Assembly (NCBI RefSeq): GCF_006345805.1 | Contig: NC_043017.1 | Location: forward strand, 8,122,001 to 8,186,000 | Length of the DNA: 64,000 nt | Direction of reading: 5' to 3' | DNA from: Octopus sinensis | Taxonomy: Eukaryota | In this document: positions 36,801 to 48,246 of the stretch, piece after piece | Numbering within the stretch: position 1 is the first letter of the stretch | Layout of the letters: each line of letters starts with the position of its first letter | The notes under the pieces: model-generated | Seen by the model: the letters and a program-made list of their open reading frames with translations, nothing else | The model's database searches: none | What the model was told of the DNA's origin: nothing | Translations under genes and position numbers: made by a program

Positions 36801-38019
36801 ATAATGTGAACCAATCTAGCTCCTGCTCTTTGTAATTTGTTTTAGAGATTGAAGACCAGGCTGGATTAGCCTAATCCATGGTGGGACAAATCCTTGTAGA
36901 CATGTAAGAGGTGGCACAGTTTGCTACTACAGAAAACTTCAGCCCAGCAGTTGATGATACAACATTCATATATTAATACAATTGCTCCACCTACCAGTGA
37001 TTTAGTTCAGACTGAAATGTCATTCCTGTTGCACTCATGCTGATAGTCCCAGTTAATTAATTTCTAATGAACGGAATACTTCTGGTACTAATTAATTCTC
37101 AATGAATTGAAACATGTTCAGTGAGATGGTTGCTGTTATGATATTGATGAAAATATGCAGTTTGAAAGTAGTCTGCCCTCCAAAATATAAACGTATAAAT
37201 GGAAGACACTGCCTTGATTCTTTATCCTCCAGTATGGATGTGTAATTTAGTAAGAGAATAACACTGCTAATTCTTCTTCTCCGACATGCCTGATTAATAT
37301 TTTGAGAAAATAATGACTTTTTTTTACTTCATCCTCCAACATGTCTGCTTGTGGTGGATGAATGACATTGCCATGTTGCTCTGCCCTCCCGTATGTTCCT
37401 TTCCTATAGTGGAGGAACAATATTATTAACTCTTTTTTTCATTCTTTCCCACTCTTTTAGTATATCCATTTAATCTAGTGGAGGAACAATACTGCTTCCT
37501 GCCCTCATACTCCAGTACGTTTGCTTCATCTATTGAAACAGCTTGAAAAAAAGAGAAGACAAATTAAAATGGCTTCCCTTCATGAAATCAAACCAAAAAT
37601 TTAGCTTCATAATTCAGTAATTATATACTTGAATACTTCAAGCTTGTAGGGAAATATGTCCTGTCCCTCTTTGCCATTATAACACAGAAATGTTAAATTG
37701 GAGAGATAGTGATGGTAGTGTGTTGTTTGAAGTTCTAAACTTGACATTTTAGATTGTCTTTGATGGATGAAAAATATTGATTTTCATAAAATTCAAAGAT
37801 TGTATGTGTCAGTTGGTTTGATTTCATAATTTGACATCTTGGAAGATTTAAATTTAACTTCTCATTTGATGTTATTGAAAATTGTAATGATAATATATTT
37901 TTTGTTTATTGCCTTTCTGAAAATGCCTTGTCTGAGTTTTAAGTTGTGACATTCATGCATTTTCCAAAAAGGAATAGGCAAGATAAAAAGGAATTACAAT
38001 CAAAGCTTCAAAACCCTTA

Positions 38020-39240
38020 TTGTCGACAGAAGCAGGGTCACCATCATCCTCATCATCAGTGACAGCAACAGCATCACCATCATCAGTTTATGTCAACTTT
38101 TCCGTGCTTTTAATGGTTCAGTGGGTTTTCTTCAGCACAGGGTCATGCCACTTGCCATCTCCTTTTTGTAAATTCCAGTCTCGTGAGGTCAGACTTTTTT
38201 TTCCATGTCTTCCTTTCCCACAGGTTTCTTCCACTGGGATCATTTAGCACTCCTTTCACATAACTGTCTGTTATCCTTTGCATACATTACTTGTCCATAC
38301 CAGTTCAGTCATATCTCTTGCACACTACCTCTATTTCCTTTTATATTCAGTTTATCTCTAAACCTGTCTGTGCCTTGTCATTCATGCATACTAACATTAC
38401 ACATGCAGCAGAGCATGTCCACTTTTCTTTCCAGTCTTTGCACATCCTGCCCGTTTCATGTTTTGCTATCATGCAACATTACGCTTTGTACACAAGCACC
38501 ATACAATCTGCCCTTCATTTAGAGACAGAACCATTTTTTACCAGCAGAAGTAATAGCTTACTGAGCCAGACTTCTCCACTTCATTCTTACTTCCACTATT
38601 ATCCCTTATAACACCCACCCACCCACCAACTTCCATTGCTGATTAAGCCATAATAAACAATCAACTACATCTATGGAACCTTCCAAGCATTTGAAAGAAT
38701 ATATTTCAATGGTGCTCTTCCTGCTAATTATTCCTGTGTATCCAGTGACATAACAAGAGTGTGCACCACCTGGGATAGTCCCTGAGTTAGCCCACCACCT
38801 CAGGCCCCTAAGCCTTATATAGGCTTATACAATAGACCCAAAAGTACTACTCTATAAAAAGAATTGCCCAGGGTGGGCCACTTCCTTGCCATGCTCAGTT
38901 CTATGTGTATCTGCCACATATGAAGTCTTCCTTCTCTCTTATGCCTGTGATCCCACTACATCTCATATATGTCCATAATTTACATTGGACAGACTGTATA
39001 AAATCTTCTCTTACAATTTTTTTTGTTTTGTTTTTTTTTGCCTATCAAGCATAGGCACTTCCTTGTTGACAGCAGAGTTTTGTTTCCTGTTAAAGCTTTT
39101 GTCATTGCTAGATTTATTTTGGTGCCTGTCAATTCCAGGCTCTGCTTCCATGTTTGCAGCTTGAGAATTAGGTTATCAGCATACAGAAATTCCCATAAAT
39201 AACTAGTTGGGAACTCCTGTATTGTAGACACAGGGGAACT
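38020..39240 (-). mobile_element. Degenerate RTE-type LINE (RT domain to 3' end)
   Basis: LWEFLYADNL..KLQTWKQSLE..TKINLAMTKAL (YADD-like RT motif) at 39.0-39.2 kb; LNWYGQVM-like segment near 38.3 kb; (GAT)n-like tail near 38.05 kb. Confidence 0.65.
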
Positions 39241-40082
39241 GAGAATTAAGCTCCTTCATGGCTCTGTCTACTCTACCATTTCACAAGAATATTAACTCCT
39301 GCTTAACTGGAATCATGTTAAAACAATGACGATGACATCTAGGCAACAATCCACATCTCATAATGGAGCCGACATCTGCCACTAAGCAGTATATATGTGG
39401 ATGTTTATGCCATATTTTTATTTTAACAAGTTCACATCTTTTGATGGAGAAGATGTTAAAAAGAAAACTCTTATTTCGGACTTTCGATAAGAGTTTTATT
39501 GAAAAATATGGAATTGAGATAACTTCATTATTAATATTGCTAATTAACCAGTCTCTCTCTATCACCCTTTAACTGTAGTGTAATATTTTTTTAGAGTGAA
39601 GAGCATACCTTATGGAGTGATCTTAGTTCTCTAAATGTTTCTCTCTAATTTTCGATTGTAACCAAGAGAGAAAACTTAAAGGGTGAGTTTATTGTAGCAA
39701 ACAGAGAGGGAGAAGACTTAGTTTATTGTTGCTGACAGCAAAAAGACTTAAAGGGAAAATTGGTTGTAGCTGAGAGAAGGTAATGTTTATTGTAGCTAAG
39801 AAGGTAAAACACATTTGAGTTTATAACAAGGAGAAAAGTTTCCACCATATGACATGTAATGGTCAATGATTTGGATGGAATAGTATGATATTCATTAGTG
39901 AATTAACTAGGGTACTTACTACGGTAGTTAATTATCCAGGAAGGGCATTGGTGTTAGAAAATCATCCAGATGTGAGAACCATGCAAGAGCAGACACTGCT
40001 TGCTTGTCAGTTCCTATAGAACTGTCTGATCCATACCAGCATGGAAAATGAATGTTAAATGATGATGAGGAGGATGAGGAGG

Positions 40083-40113
<31 letters not shown>

Positions 40114-41953
40114 CAACGATGATGATTTTCCAGAGAATGAAAATTACATGTGGTGTGTGTACTTTATTTTATGATTTGAAGGAAGGGACAATGCCCATAA
40201 TCTTTGCAGTCTCTTTGAAACTAGTGAGATCGATGTAGTTGATGTTGTCCTTGAACAACAGCAAATTGTCATTTGTAGGAGAAATATGAGCAGGGATGTC
40301 TTGAGTGGAAGGAATGAGAAAGTGGTTTAGTTCAAGGCTTGTGGGTAGTTTAGTGGAGTGATATGAAAAGAGGACAGAAGGATGAGTCAAGAAAGCTTGA
40401 ATGGAAATGAGCCGAAACTACTGTAGTAGCAATAGAAGAGGCAGGGTGAGGAGACAGCATGCCTGTGTACCAAAGAGGTTGGAGTGTGTTGGTGGGTGAC
40501 TCCATGCCAATCAGTCAGGTACTCTTTTGTGAGATTTTGGTCAAGGATGCTGGTGTGTGTAGCAGTAATACCAGCAGAAGCAAATATGGATGTAGTTTAT
40601 GTGCACATGTGTGTGAATGTGTATCTGTGCGGTGTGTGTCTGCAAGTGTGTCTCAAATGAGGAACAGTAATTTATGTTGAAAGTGAAAAGAACTAAAGTC
40701 AAATATTAGCAGGTGTACTGGACTGATCAATGTCAAGCTTTTTTTTTCCTACATAGACATAGGCATGGCTGTGTGGTTAAGAAGCTCACTTTGCAAGCAT
40801 GTATGTGGTTTGGGGTTCAATCCCACTTTGCAGCACCTTGGGCAAGTGTCTTCTGCTATAGCCCAAGGCTGATCAATGCTTTGTGAATGAATTTAGTAGA
40901 TGCTGTGTGGAAGCTTGTTATTTATATATACATATCTGTGTGTGTGCGTGTGCGTGCCTTTGTGCTACTTCCCCCACTTCCTATCACTTGACAATCAGTG
41001 TTGGTTTGATTACATCCCCATAACTTGACAATCTGACAAAAGAGATTGATGGTATAAGAATCAGGCTTATCTTATAAGTACTGGAGTCAATTTGTTTGAC
41101 TGAATCCCTCAAGGCAGTGGCCCTTGCATGGCCGCAGTCCAATGAGTGAAACAAATAAAAAATAAAAGAAGCACAAGACCACATATTTAGGGAAGGGGAA
41201 TGGTCAATGAGATCAACCTCAGTACATAACTGGTACTTATTTTATCAACCCCTAGAGAGATGAAAGACAAAGCTGACCTCAGTTGGATTTGAACATCAAA
41301 ACACAAAGAGTCTGTCTAACCCTTTAGCATTCAAATTACTCTGTCAAGTATAATCCTTATTTATTCACATTGTTTTGAATTTATCATGTATTCTCTTGTA
41401 GCTTCAAGATTTTGATGATGTGATTGTTTATTTTTAGAATGACATTGTAGGGTAGACGTGAGAGGTTGGATCTGGTCAGTTTGAACATAAAACAGGTAAA
41501 ATATTTGGGCCAGATATGGTTGGATTAAATGTTAATGGGTCAATCCTTGGCAAAAGCTGACCAATTTAATTAGTATTGCAAACAACTGTTTAAATCTGTA
41601 GTTTATTAATGAGGAAACCAATTAGTTGGATGTTTATCAATAACAACAGATGGCTAAAATGAATTTATTTGACGTGGAAAATGGCAAATATATGCTCATT
41701 GTTTTATCTGTTAATTAAAATCAATGCTTTTTATTAGTCTTATTCATTGTGATGATTAATCAAGACTAAAATTGATTTCATTGATTAATGAATAAACTGT
41801 TAAGGAATGACCGATAATAATAATAATTTGTTTGTTCACTTTACCTCAGCTTTTCTATGTTAGCATGGGTTAGATGAATATGTATTGAGAATATGTATTT
41901 GGTCTTCAAGTAATGACAATGACCCAATCAAAGACTAAATGTTTACTCATTCG

Positions 41954-41959
41954 TTTATT
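41954..41959 (-). promoter_or_regulatory. Candidate AATAAA polyadenylation signal of NDOR1
   Basis: TTTATT on + about 28 nt past the stop codon. The context is AT-rich, so it may be chance. Confidence 0.35.
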
Positions 41960-41986
41960 TATTACTAACAAACAATATAAATTAGG

Positions 41987-42131
41987 TCAAGACCAACATT
42001 CAACTTGGTATCGTTTGGTCTGTTCAAGATATTTTACATATTCCTCGGCATCATTCTTTGACCTTCCTCCTTCTGTTTCGACTATTTCAACGACAGCATC
42101 CTGCACATTATTTGGCATCTGGTTGGCGTTG
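41987..42131 (-). CDS. NDOR1: NDOR1 last exon (NANQMPNNVQDAVVEIVETEGGRSKNDAEEYVKYLEQTKRYQVECWS*)
   Basis: Acceptor tttcag, phase 2, TGA at 41989-41987. Confidence 0.95.
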
Positions 42132-42768
42132 CTGAAATCACAGACAAGCAATTTTTTATAAATATTTTTTACCAATAATTATTATTATTATTATTATTAT
42201 TATTATTTTGCATAACCATTTTTGTAAAAAATTTTTTAATTTTGTAATTCTTGTTTGGAAATAAAAATCATTTCATGAAATCTTTTAAGTCATTCTCTTC
42301 AAATTCATTATGTTCAGCTAATATACACCCATACATCATACAAGGCTGTTATACATCAGATATAACAGCGCTGTTATACATCATACTTAAGCCCTTCACT
42401 CCCTATGAAGCAGAGGCCACCAAAGATTTTTCTCCACTGTTCTTGACTCTGAGTTGTCCCCAAGGGAAGGCCTTCTTCTCCCAGGTTTTGTTGGTGTTGA
42501 ACTGTCATCAATGCTTCTCTAACTTTGCTTTTTTTCTGTAGATAGAGGTGATGGCCCTACACAAGCCCATATTTACCTTTGGGAAAGAAATGGTCTGCAT
42601 CAATTTGGCCCCTCTCCTTTGACCTGTCCAGTGTGGAGGTCATTGAGGAACACAGGCTTTCACACTATAAAAAGGACTAGACTTTGTGGTGGTATTGCAT
42701 ACAATAGTTTCCCCTTAGGTCTACTCAGAACTAACCTGGGGATAAATAACCACACAAATATTCTAGAT

Positions 42769-43019
42769 CAGTGGTTCTCGACTAGAGTCCATATGGGCCT
42801 TGCAGGTCCATATAAGATTTTTTGTTAAAATTTATGAGCAATAAATTGCTTATACTTCTACAACACTTGGAATATTTCAATTGTTTTAAATCAATTCCTA
42901 ATAATAATTAATAATAGAAATATATTAGGATTTTTCAAACATCAAATGGATATGAGGGTCCACTGGAATACAATAAGAATCAAAGAGGTCCATAGGTAAA
43001 AAATGGTTGATAGCCACTG
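42769..43019. mobile_element. hAT (Charlie-type) MITE
   Basis: Termini CAGTGGTTCTCGAC...GGTTGATAGCCACTG; perfect 8-bp TSD TTCTAGAT (42761-42768 and 43020-43027). Related fragments near 4100-4130, 57700-57870 and 62500-62570. Confidence 0.85.
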
Positions 43020-43209
43020 TTCTAGATAAACAACAACACAAATATTCCAGATGCTATCCATAGAACGAAAAAAAAAAAATTAATTATAGATATCCATCTG
43101 ATTACAACCAAATACTCACCAAATACTACAACCACAAGCACACTGATGGTCTGTGTCCTCTCCTTCTGTGAATTACTACTACAACACTTCCAGTTTCTCT
43201 GAACTATTA

Positions 43210-43420
43210 AGCTCTGTACCTCAAGATCCACCCACTTTTCTTCCTCTCATCAACTTCACAGAAAGCCTCTTTTGTGTGGTTGTTTGACCTGCTAAAAACT
43301 GCAGCTAAATTTCGCTCAAATGGGTGCAGGCTGTGGTCCAGCACAACTGGACCACAGATGATATGGGCTTCAATAACAAGACTTCCCATCCTGTCATTGA
43401 ATATCTGTAGAAACGATCTT
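43210..43420 (-). mobile_element. Highly degenerate RTE-like 3' fragment in the last NDOR1 intron
   Basis: IEAHII-[frameshift]-GQLCWT and TKEAFCEVDERKKSGWILRY resemble the RTE pattern LRW...PKxxLYGEL...LRY. Confidence 0.35.
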
Positions 43421-43481
43421 AACCTAGCAATGTAAAAATATTTCCCATTCAGTCCCAGAATATCCAGAGAAAACAACTTAC

Positions 43482-43576
43482 CCAGCAATATAAAAATAAG
43501 CCTTTTCTACATCCAACAGTTTCCACACTAAAGCTTTCTGTTTCAGCAGTACATGTTGGACGTAGACTTTGTCTTC
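43482..43576 (-). CDS. NDOR1: NDOR1 exon 14 (EDKVYVQHVLLKQKALVWKLLDVEKAYFYIAG)
   Basis: cag/gtaagt, phase 0/2. Confidence 0.95.
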
Positions 43577-43759
43577 CTGTGTAGGAGTGAGAAAAACAGA
43601 TGAGTGAGTGAGTGAATGATAGAGTTAAAATTAAAAGAGTGAATGAGAGAAAAAGAAGGTGAGAAAGAGTAAGAGCAAGTAATGCATTATATTCTACATC
43701 TACCTGCTTCCACCCCCTAGTATTCTCTGACATAATTATGGAGAAATATTTAACTCAAT

Positions 43760-43988
43760 AGTAAAGGCTATTTGCCAACATAAGGTGGTTGTCCTGGATA
43801 GGACGATTGTTACTGTTGCTTAGTCCCATGAAACACCATTTCCAGCTGACTGTACAACACAATAGCTGTGTCCTTATATAACATTGTGTCGTATAAACCA
43901 GCTGGAAATGGTGTTTCCTGGAGCTAAACAACAGAAATAATCATCCCTTCCAGGACAGCCACATTGTATTGGCAATTAGCCTTTACTG
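43760..43988. mobile_element. Foldback/Tc1-mariner-type MITE with about 90-bp inverted arms
   Basis: AGTAAAGGCTA..GCCAA..GTGG.TGTCCTGG..GAAACACCATTTCCAGCTG pairs with CAGCTGGAAATGGTGTTTC..CCAGGACAGCCAC..TTGGC..TAGCCTTTACTG|TA. Confidence 0.7.
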
Positions 43989-43991
43989 TAA

Positions 43992-44211
43992 CCCTTTCGT
44001 TGCCAACCTGACTGAAACCGGCCCTGGCTCTGAGTACAAATGTCTTGTTGTCATAAGTTTTGAGTTAAAATCTTCCACCAAACCTTAGTCACAATTTATG
44101 TTCCTAACGCTGGCTTAATAATAACTAAGTTATTTTACTAAATTCTTTGTTATATCTAATGTAATTGAAAGAAACACAGAGAATCTTAACATAAATATGG
44201 TAATGAAAGGG
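43992..44211. mobile_element. piggyBac-like MITE family D copy
   Basis: Same body and termini as 21428-21649. Confidence 0.78.
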
Positions 44212-44860
44212 TTAAAGAACTGTTACTGAATATTTCTCTTTGAGAGATTTAGAAATAATAATGTTTCTATTTATTTAACTCAATATTAAATGGTAAAACT
44301 AAACAAATCAAAAAGTGATGGAATCTTTTCACTCTCCATATGTGGTCAATAGTAATATCTACGTCTTTTATAGAGCGACGAGCGGGCAGAATTGTTAGCA
44401 CACCAGACAAATTGCTTAACAGTATTTCATCCATCTTTATGTTCTGAGTTCAAATTCCACCAAGGTTGACTTGGTCTTTCATCCTTTAGTAAAATAAGTA
44501 CCAGTTGAGTACCGGGGTCAATATAATCGAAGTGCCCCCTCCCTTAAAATTTCAGGCCTTGTATTTTAGTAGAAAGGATTATTAAGGCAGCTAGGTGACA
44601 GAACTGGCAAAATGCTTGGCAGCATTTCATCTGTCTTTACGATCTGAGTTTAAATTCCGTTGAGGCTAACTTAGCCTTTCATCCTTTCAGGGTTGACAAA
44701 ATAAGTACCAGTTGAATACTGGGGCGGTGATGTAATGGACTTGCCTCCTCCTTGAATTTGCTGGCTTTGTGCTAAAATTGAAACCAATATTTCCATTAAA
44801 ATCTTAATTTGCTAATTCATAATATTTTTAAAAGAGTAATGACAATTCAAAGAACAAAAT

Positions 44861-45028
44861 CACCCACTACACTCTCGGAGTGGTTGGCGTTAGGAAGGGC
44901 ATCCAGCTGTAGAAACACTGCCAATTCTGACTGGCCTGGTGCAGCCTTCGGGCTTGCCAGACCCCAGTTGAACCATCCAACCCATGCTAGCATGGAAAGC
45001 GGACGTTAAACGATGATGATGATGATGA
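44861..45028 (+). mobile_element. SINE-like family C with (GAT)n tail (GGTTGGCGTTAGGAAGGGCATCCAGC core)
   Basis: More than 15 copies in both orientations, e.g. 1-180, 6650-6940, 11740-12170, 51841-52260, 56240-56410, 59700-60160, 63530-63650. Confidence 0.8.
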
Positions 45029-45066
45029 AAATGGTGAAAAAAACTGAAAAGAAATGTCATTTTTAC

Positions 45067-45185
45067 CTGGTCCCTAGAGAATGCTGGAAATACATGAAGA
45101 AGATTTGATTGCTCAAGTTTTTCCCATTCTTCCTGAAAAAAATAATCTTTCTTCTGATTTCTACAGCCAAAGAAAATATAACTTT
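45067..45185 (-). CDS. NDOR1: NDOR1 exon 13 (ESYIFFGCRNQKKDYFFQEEWEKLEQSNLLHVFPAFSRDQ)
   Basis: cag/gtaaaa, phase 1/0. Confidence 0.95.
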
Positions 45186-46600
45186 CTGAAAAATTAAGAG
45201 AAAATGAAATATTAATGACATGTGTTTGTTAGTGTGTGTGTGCACATACATATAAATATACACATATATATAAATACACACACATATATATACAGATACA
45301 TATACTTATATTCATATATACACACACACATACTTAAGGACAAAGTTATTCTAAGCCATAAGTTTCACCATCTTTTCTTAGCTATTGCATACATCAGACA
45401 ATATTATCCAAAGTGTCCTATTTGGAAAACAGTAAGGATGTTTGGCTGGTATTTATAGCAAATCAAACCAGTATGCACAGGCTTCCTTGATGATTCAACA
45501 CAGGGAACAGAAATGACAGGAGGATGAAGAAGATTCATAAACTCAATTTTTATGTAAAGTGTAATACAGTCTTAATGTTCTGCTATGTTGGAGTCCACTT
45601 CAAGGTAAAGTCCTTGATGCAGTGTGGTGGCTTGATGCTAGTCAAGTGCAAACTCCTGGCAGGGCTTTCCATGCTGGACAGATCAAAGGACTAATAAATT
45701 TTGGCACATGGCCAGCAATTTTGGGGATGGGAGCAAGCTGATTACATCAACCCCAGTGTTCAACTGCTACTTATTTTATCAACTCCGAAAGGATGAAAGG
45801 CAAGGTCCACCTTGGTGTAATTTGAACTCAGAATATAAAGATGGACAAAATGCCATCTTTATATCCTGGTGCGCTAATGATTCTGCCAGTTCGCTGCCAT
45901 TAGGCCAGACTAATATAGGGTTCAGGTTTTGGCGCAAGGCCAGCAATTTCAGGGAGGGGTGTAAGTCAATTACATTGATCCCAGTACGTGACTGGTACTT
46001 ATTCTATTGACCCCGAAAGGATGAAAGACAGTCAGCCTCAGCGGAATTTGAATTCAGAATGTAAAGACAGACGAAATGCCACTAATCATTTTGTCCAGCA
46101 TGCTAGCTCACCACCTTAGGCCAGACTAATACTGACCACCTTTTCCCAGAGATAAAAATGGGTTTATATAGGGCCAACACCCTGCCATAATTACAGAAGT
46201 GTTGATGACAATTCAAAATCAACAAGAACAAGGAGAGGAAGGCCATCCCTTAGGGAAGGCAGGACGATGAGGAAGAGCTGAGAAACCAAGGATCCAGCTT
46301 GAGAGAGGTAGAAGGGACAGTCCAGAGTCAACAACAATGGAGAAGGATCATCAATGGCCTATACTCTATTGGAAGTGAAGGCCTTAAGTAAGTCAGTGTG
46401 CTGAATATAAAGCATGAGTTTTCTGTTGGGCAGGAGTGGACCCAAGTGGGGACTGAGGGGCACATGCCCCTTCAAGGAAAGAAATGCACCCTTCTAAAAA
46501 ACATTATTATGCCCTTTTCTCCTGGAATTGCATTCCCTTCTGACCTTGTGCCCTCCCTTCAAAAAATTCATGGGATCATGCCTGGTTAGGTATAACTCAC

Positions 46601-46660
46601 CTCCAATATTTTGTGATGTTCTTTCTTGAATGAAACTCCTGAAAGGGGCACAACCAGTTC
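46601..46660 (-). CDS. NDOR1: NDOR1 exon 12 (GTGCAPFRSFIQERTSQNIG)
   Basis: cag/gtgagt, phase 1/1. Confidence 0.95.
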
Positions 46661-47039
46661 CTGTAAACAAAGGTAAATCACTAAGCTTAGTTCGGATAGC
46701 AAAAGTGGGGTCGGCCTGAAGGACAGTAAAGACAATTGGATCATTGTGTTGTGTGGCATAAGGACAGTCTGAACAATGTATTACATTAAGGAGCATGCAA
46801 TGTAAATTTGAAGGTGCAGACTAAAGAATGTATGTTCACATGACATGTGGGTAATCTGAGAGATGTCACAGGGTACAAATTCTGGGAAATTCTATGTCAT
46901 GTAGAAGTCAGTTTCAGCAATATGTTATGTAAAAAGAGAAAAAGGAAGATTAATGATATGTGTTTGTCAGTGTGTGTGTGTGTATGTGTGCGCATGTGTG
47001 AGTATGTGTAAACACACACATACATATAAATGTATATAA

Positions 47040-47082
<43 letters not shown>

Positions 47083-48053
47083 CAGATACATATACTTATA
47101 TTCATATATATACACACATGTACTTAAGGACAAAGTTATTTGAAATCAATATTAGTCTGACCTCTATCCTTTGAATCATCCAACATGGGAAGCCCTGCCA
47201 GGAGCTGGCATTCAATTCCGTTGAAATTTCATGTCAAGTAGGGATCAGTTTCAACAATATGTCATGTAATTTGAGAGACAGTTGTATGTGAAGGATAAGC
47301 TGACTGATGTATCATAACGATATAGCAGCCTAAGAGGGAGTGTCATATAATCTGAGTGCAAGCGAAAATATATAACAGAAAGCAGAGAACAAGTTGAAAT
47401 GTGCATGACGTCAAAGTGAAAGTAGCAATAGTGCTAATGGGTTTCAGAAATTAATTGTGTATTGGAGAAACTGAATGTAAAACAGAGAAAGTATATATAT
47501 GTATGTCTACAAAGTAGATAGAAGGAAATGTTTTATTGAGTAACATCATGAAACGGACACAGCATTTTTGAATTCATGACTTACTAACCAGTAATACAAG
47601 ATCCTGTTCAATAAGTCATCACACAATTATACTATAATATAAACTTCATATTTCTTTAGGCCCTCGACTTTTTTATAGAGTTGGAGAGACACTGTTGTAA
47701 AATATGACATATCTTGAACAACTTTGGATCTGGTGGAGCTCATTCCTCTCTAAGTTTGACCATAGCCAATTTCTTCCAGAAAGAGAGTGATAGATAGAAA
47801 AAATGGTTGAGAGAAAGAGAAGAATTGACCCTAGTACAGAACTGGTACTTTATTCATCAACCCCAAAAGGGTGAAAAGCAAAGTTGATTTCTATAAGATT
47901 TGAATTCAGAGCCAGGATGATAACCACAAAACAATCTGTCCTTGCTGTAACAATTGTACTAATTAGCTGCCTTAATTATGAACCACTGACATATGAACAA
48001 ATAAAAATGCATAATAAAATAATGACAAATGGTTGTAAATATATCTATCTTAC

Positions 48054-48246
48054 CTGGTCCAACCATTATCACAGGAATGTCTGGATTTGCAGGAAAGATA
48101 AATGAGCCAGGTTTTATCCAAACAGGCAGAGTGGAATGTGGTTCTCTGCTGGTAATCCAGTTGGAACAGATGCCAAGTCTTGGTTTTTGAAGTTTGGTCC
48201 GATATTTTACAGCAGCCACTAAAATATCCACAGTCATAGCAGATTT
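48054..48246 (-). CDS. NDOR1: NDOR1 exon 11 (KSAMTVDILVAAVKYRTKLQKPRLGICSNW...PVIMVGP)
   Basis: cag/gtaaga, phase 0/1. Confidence 0.95.
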
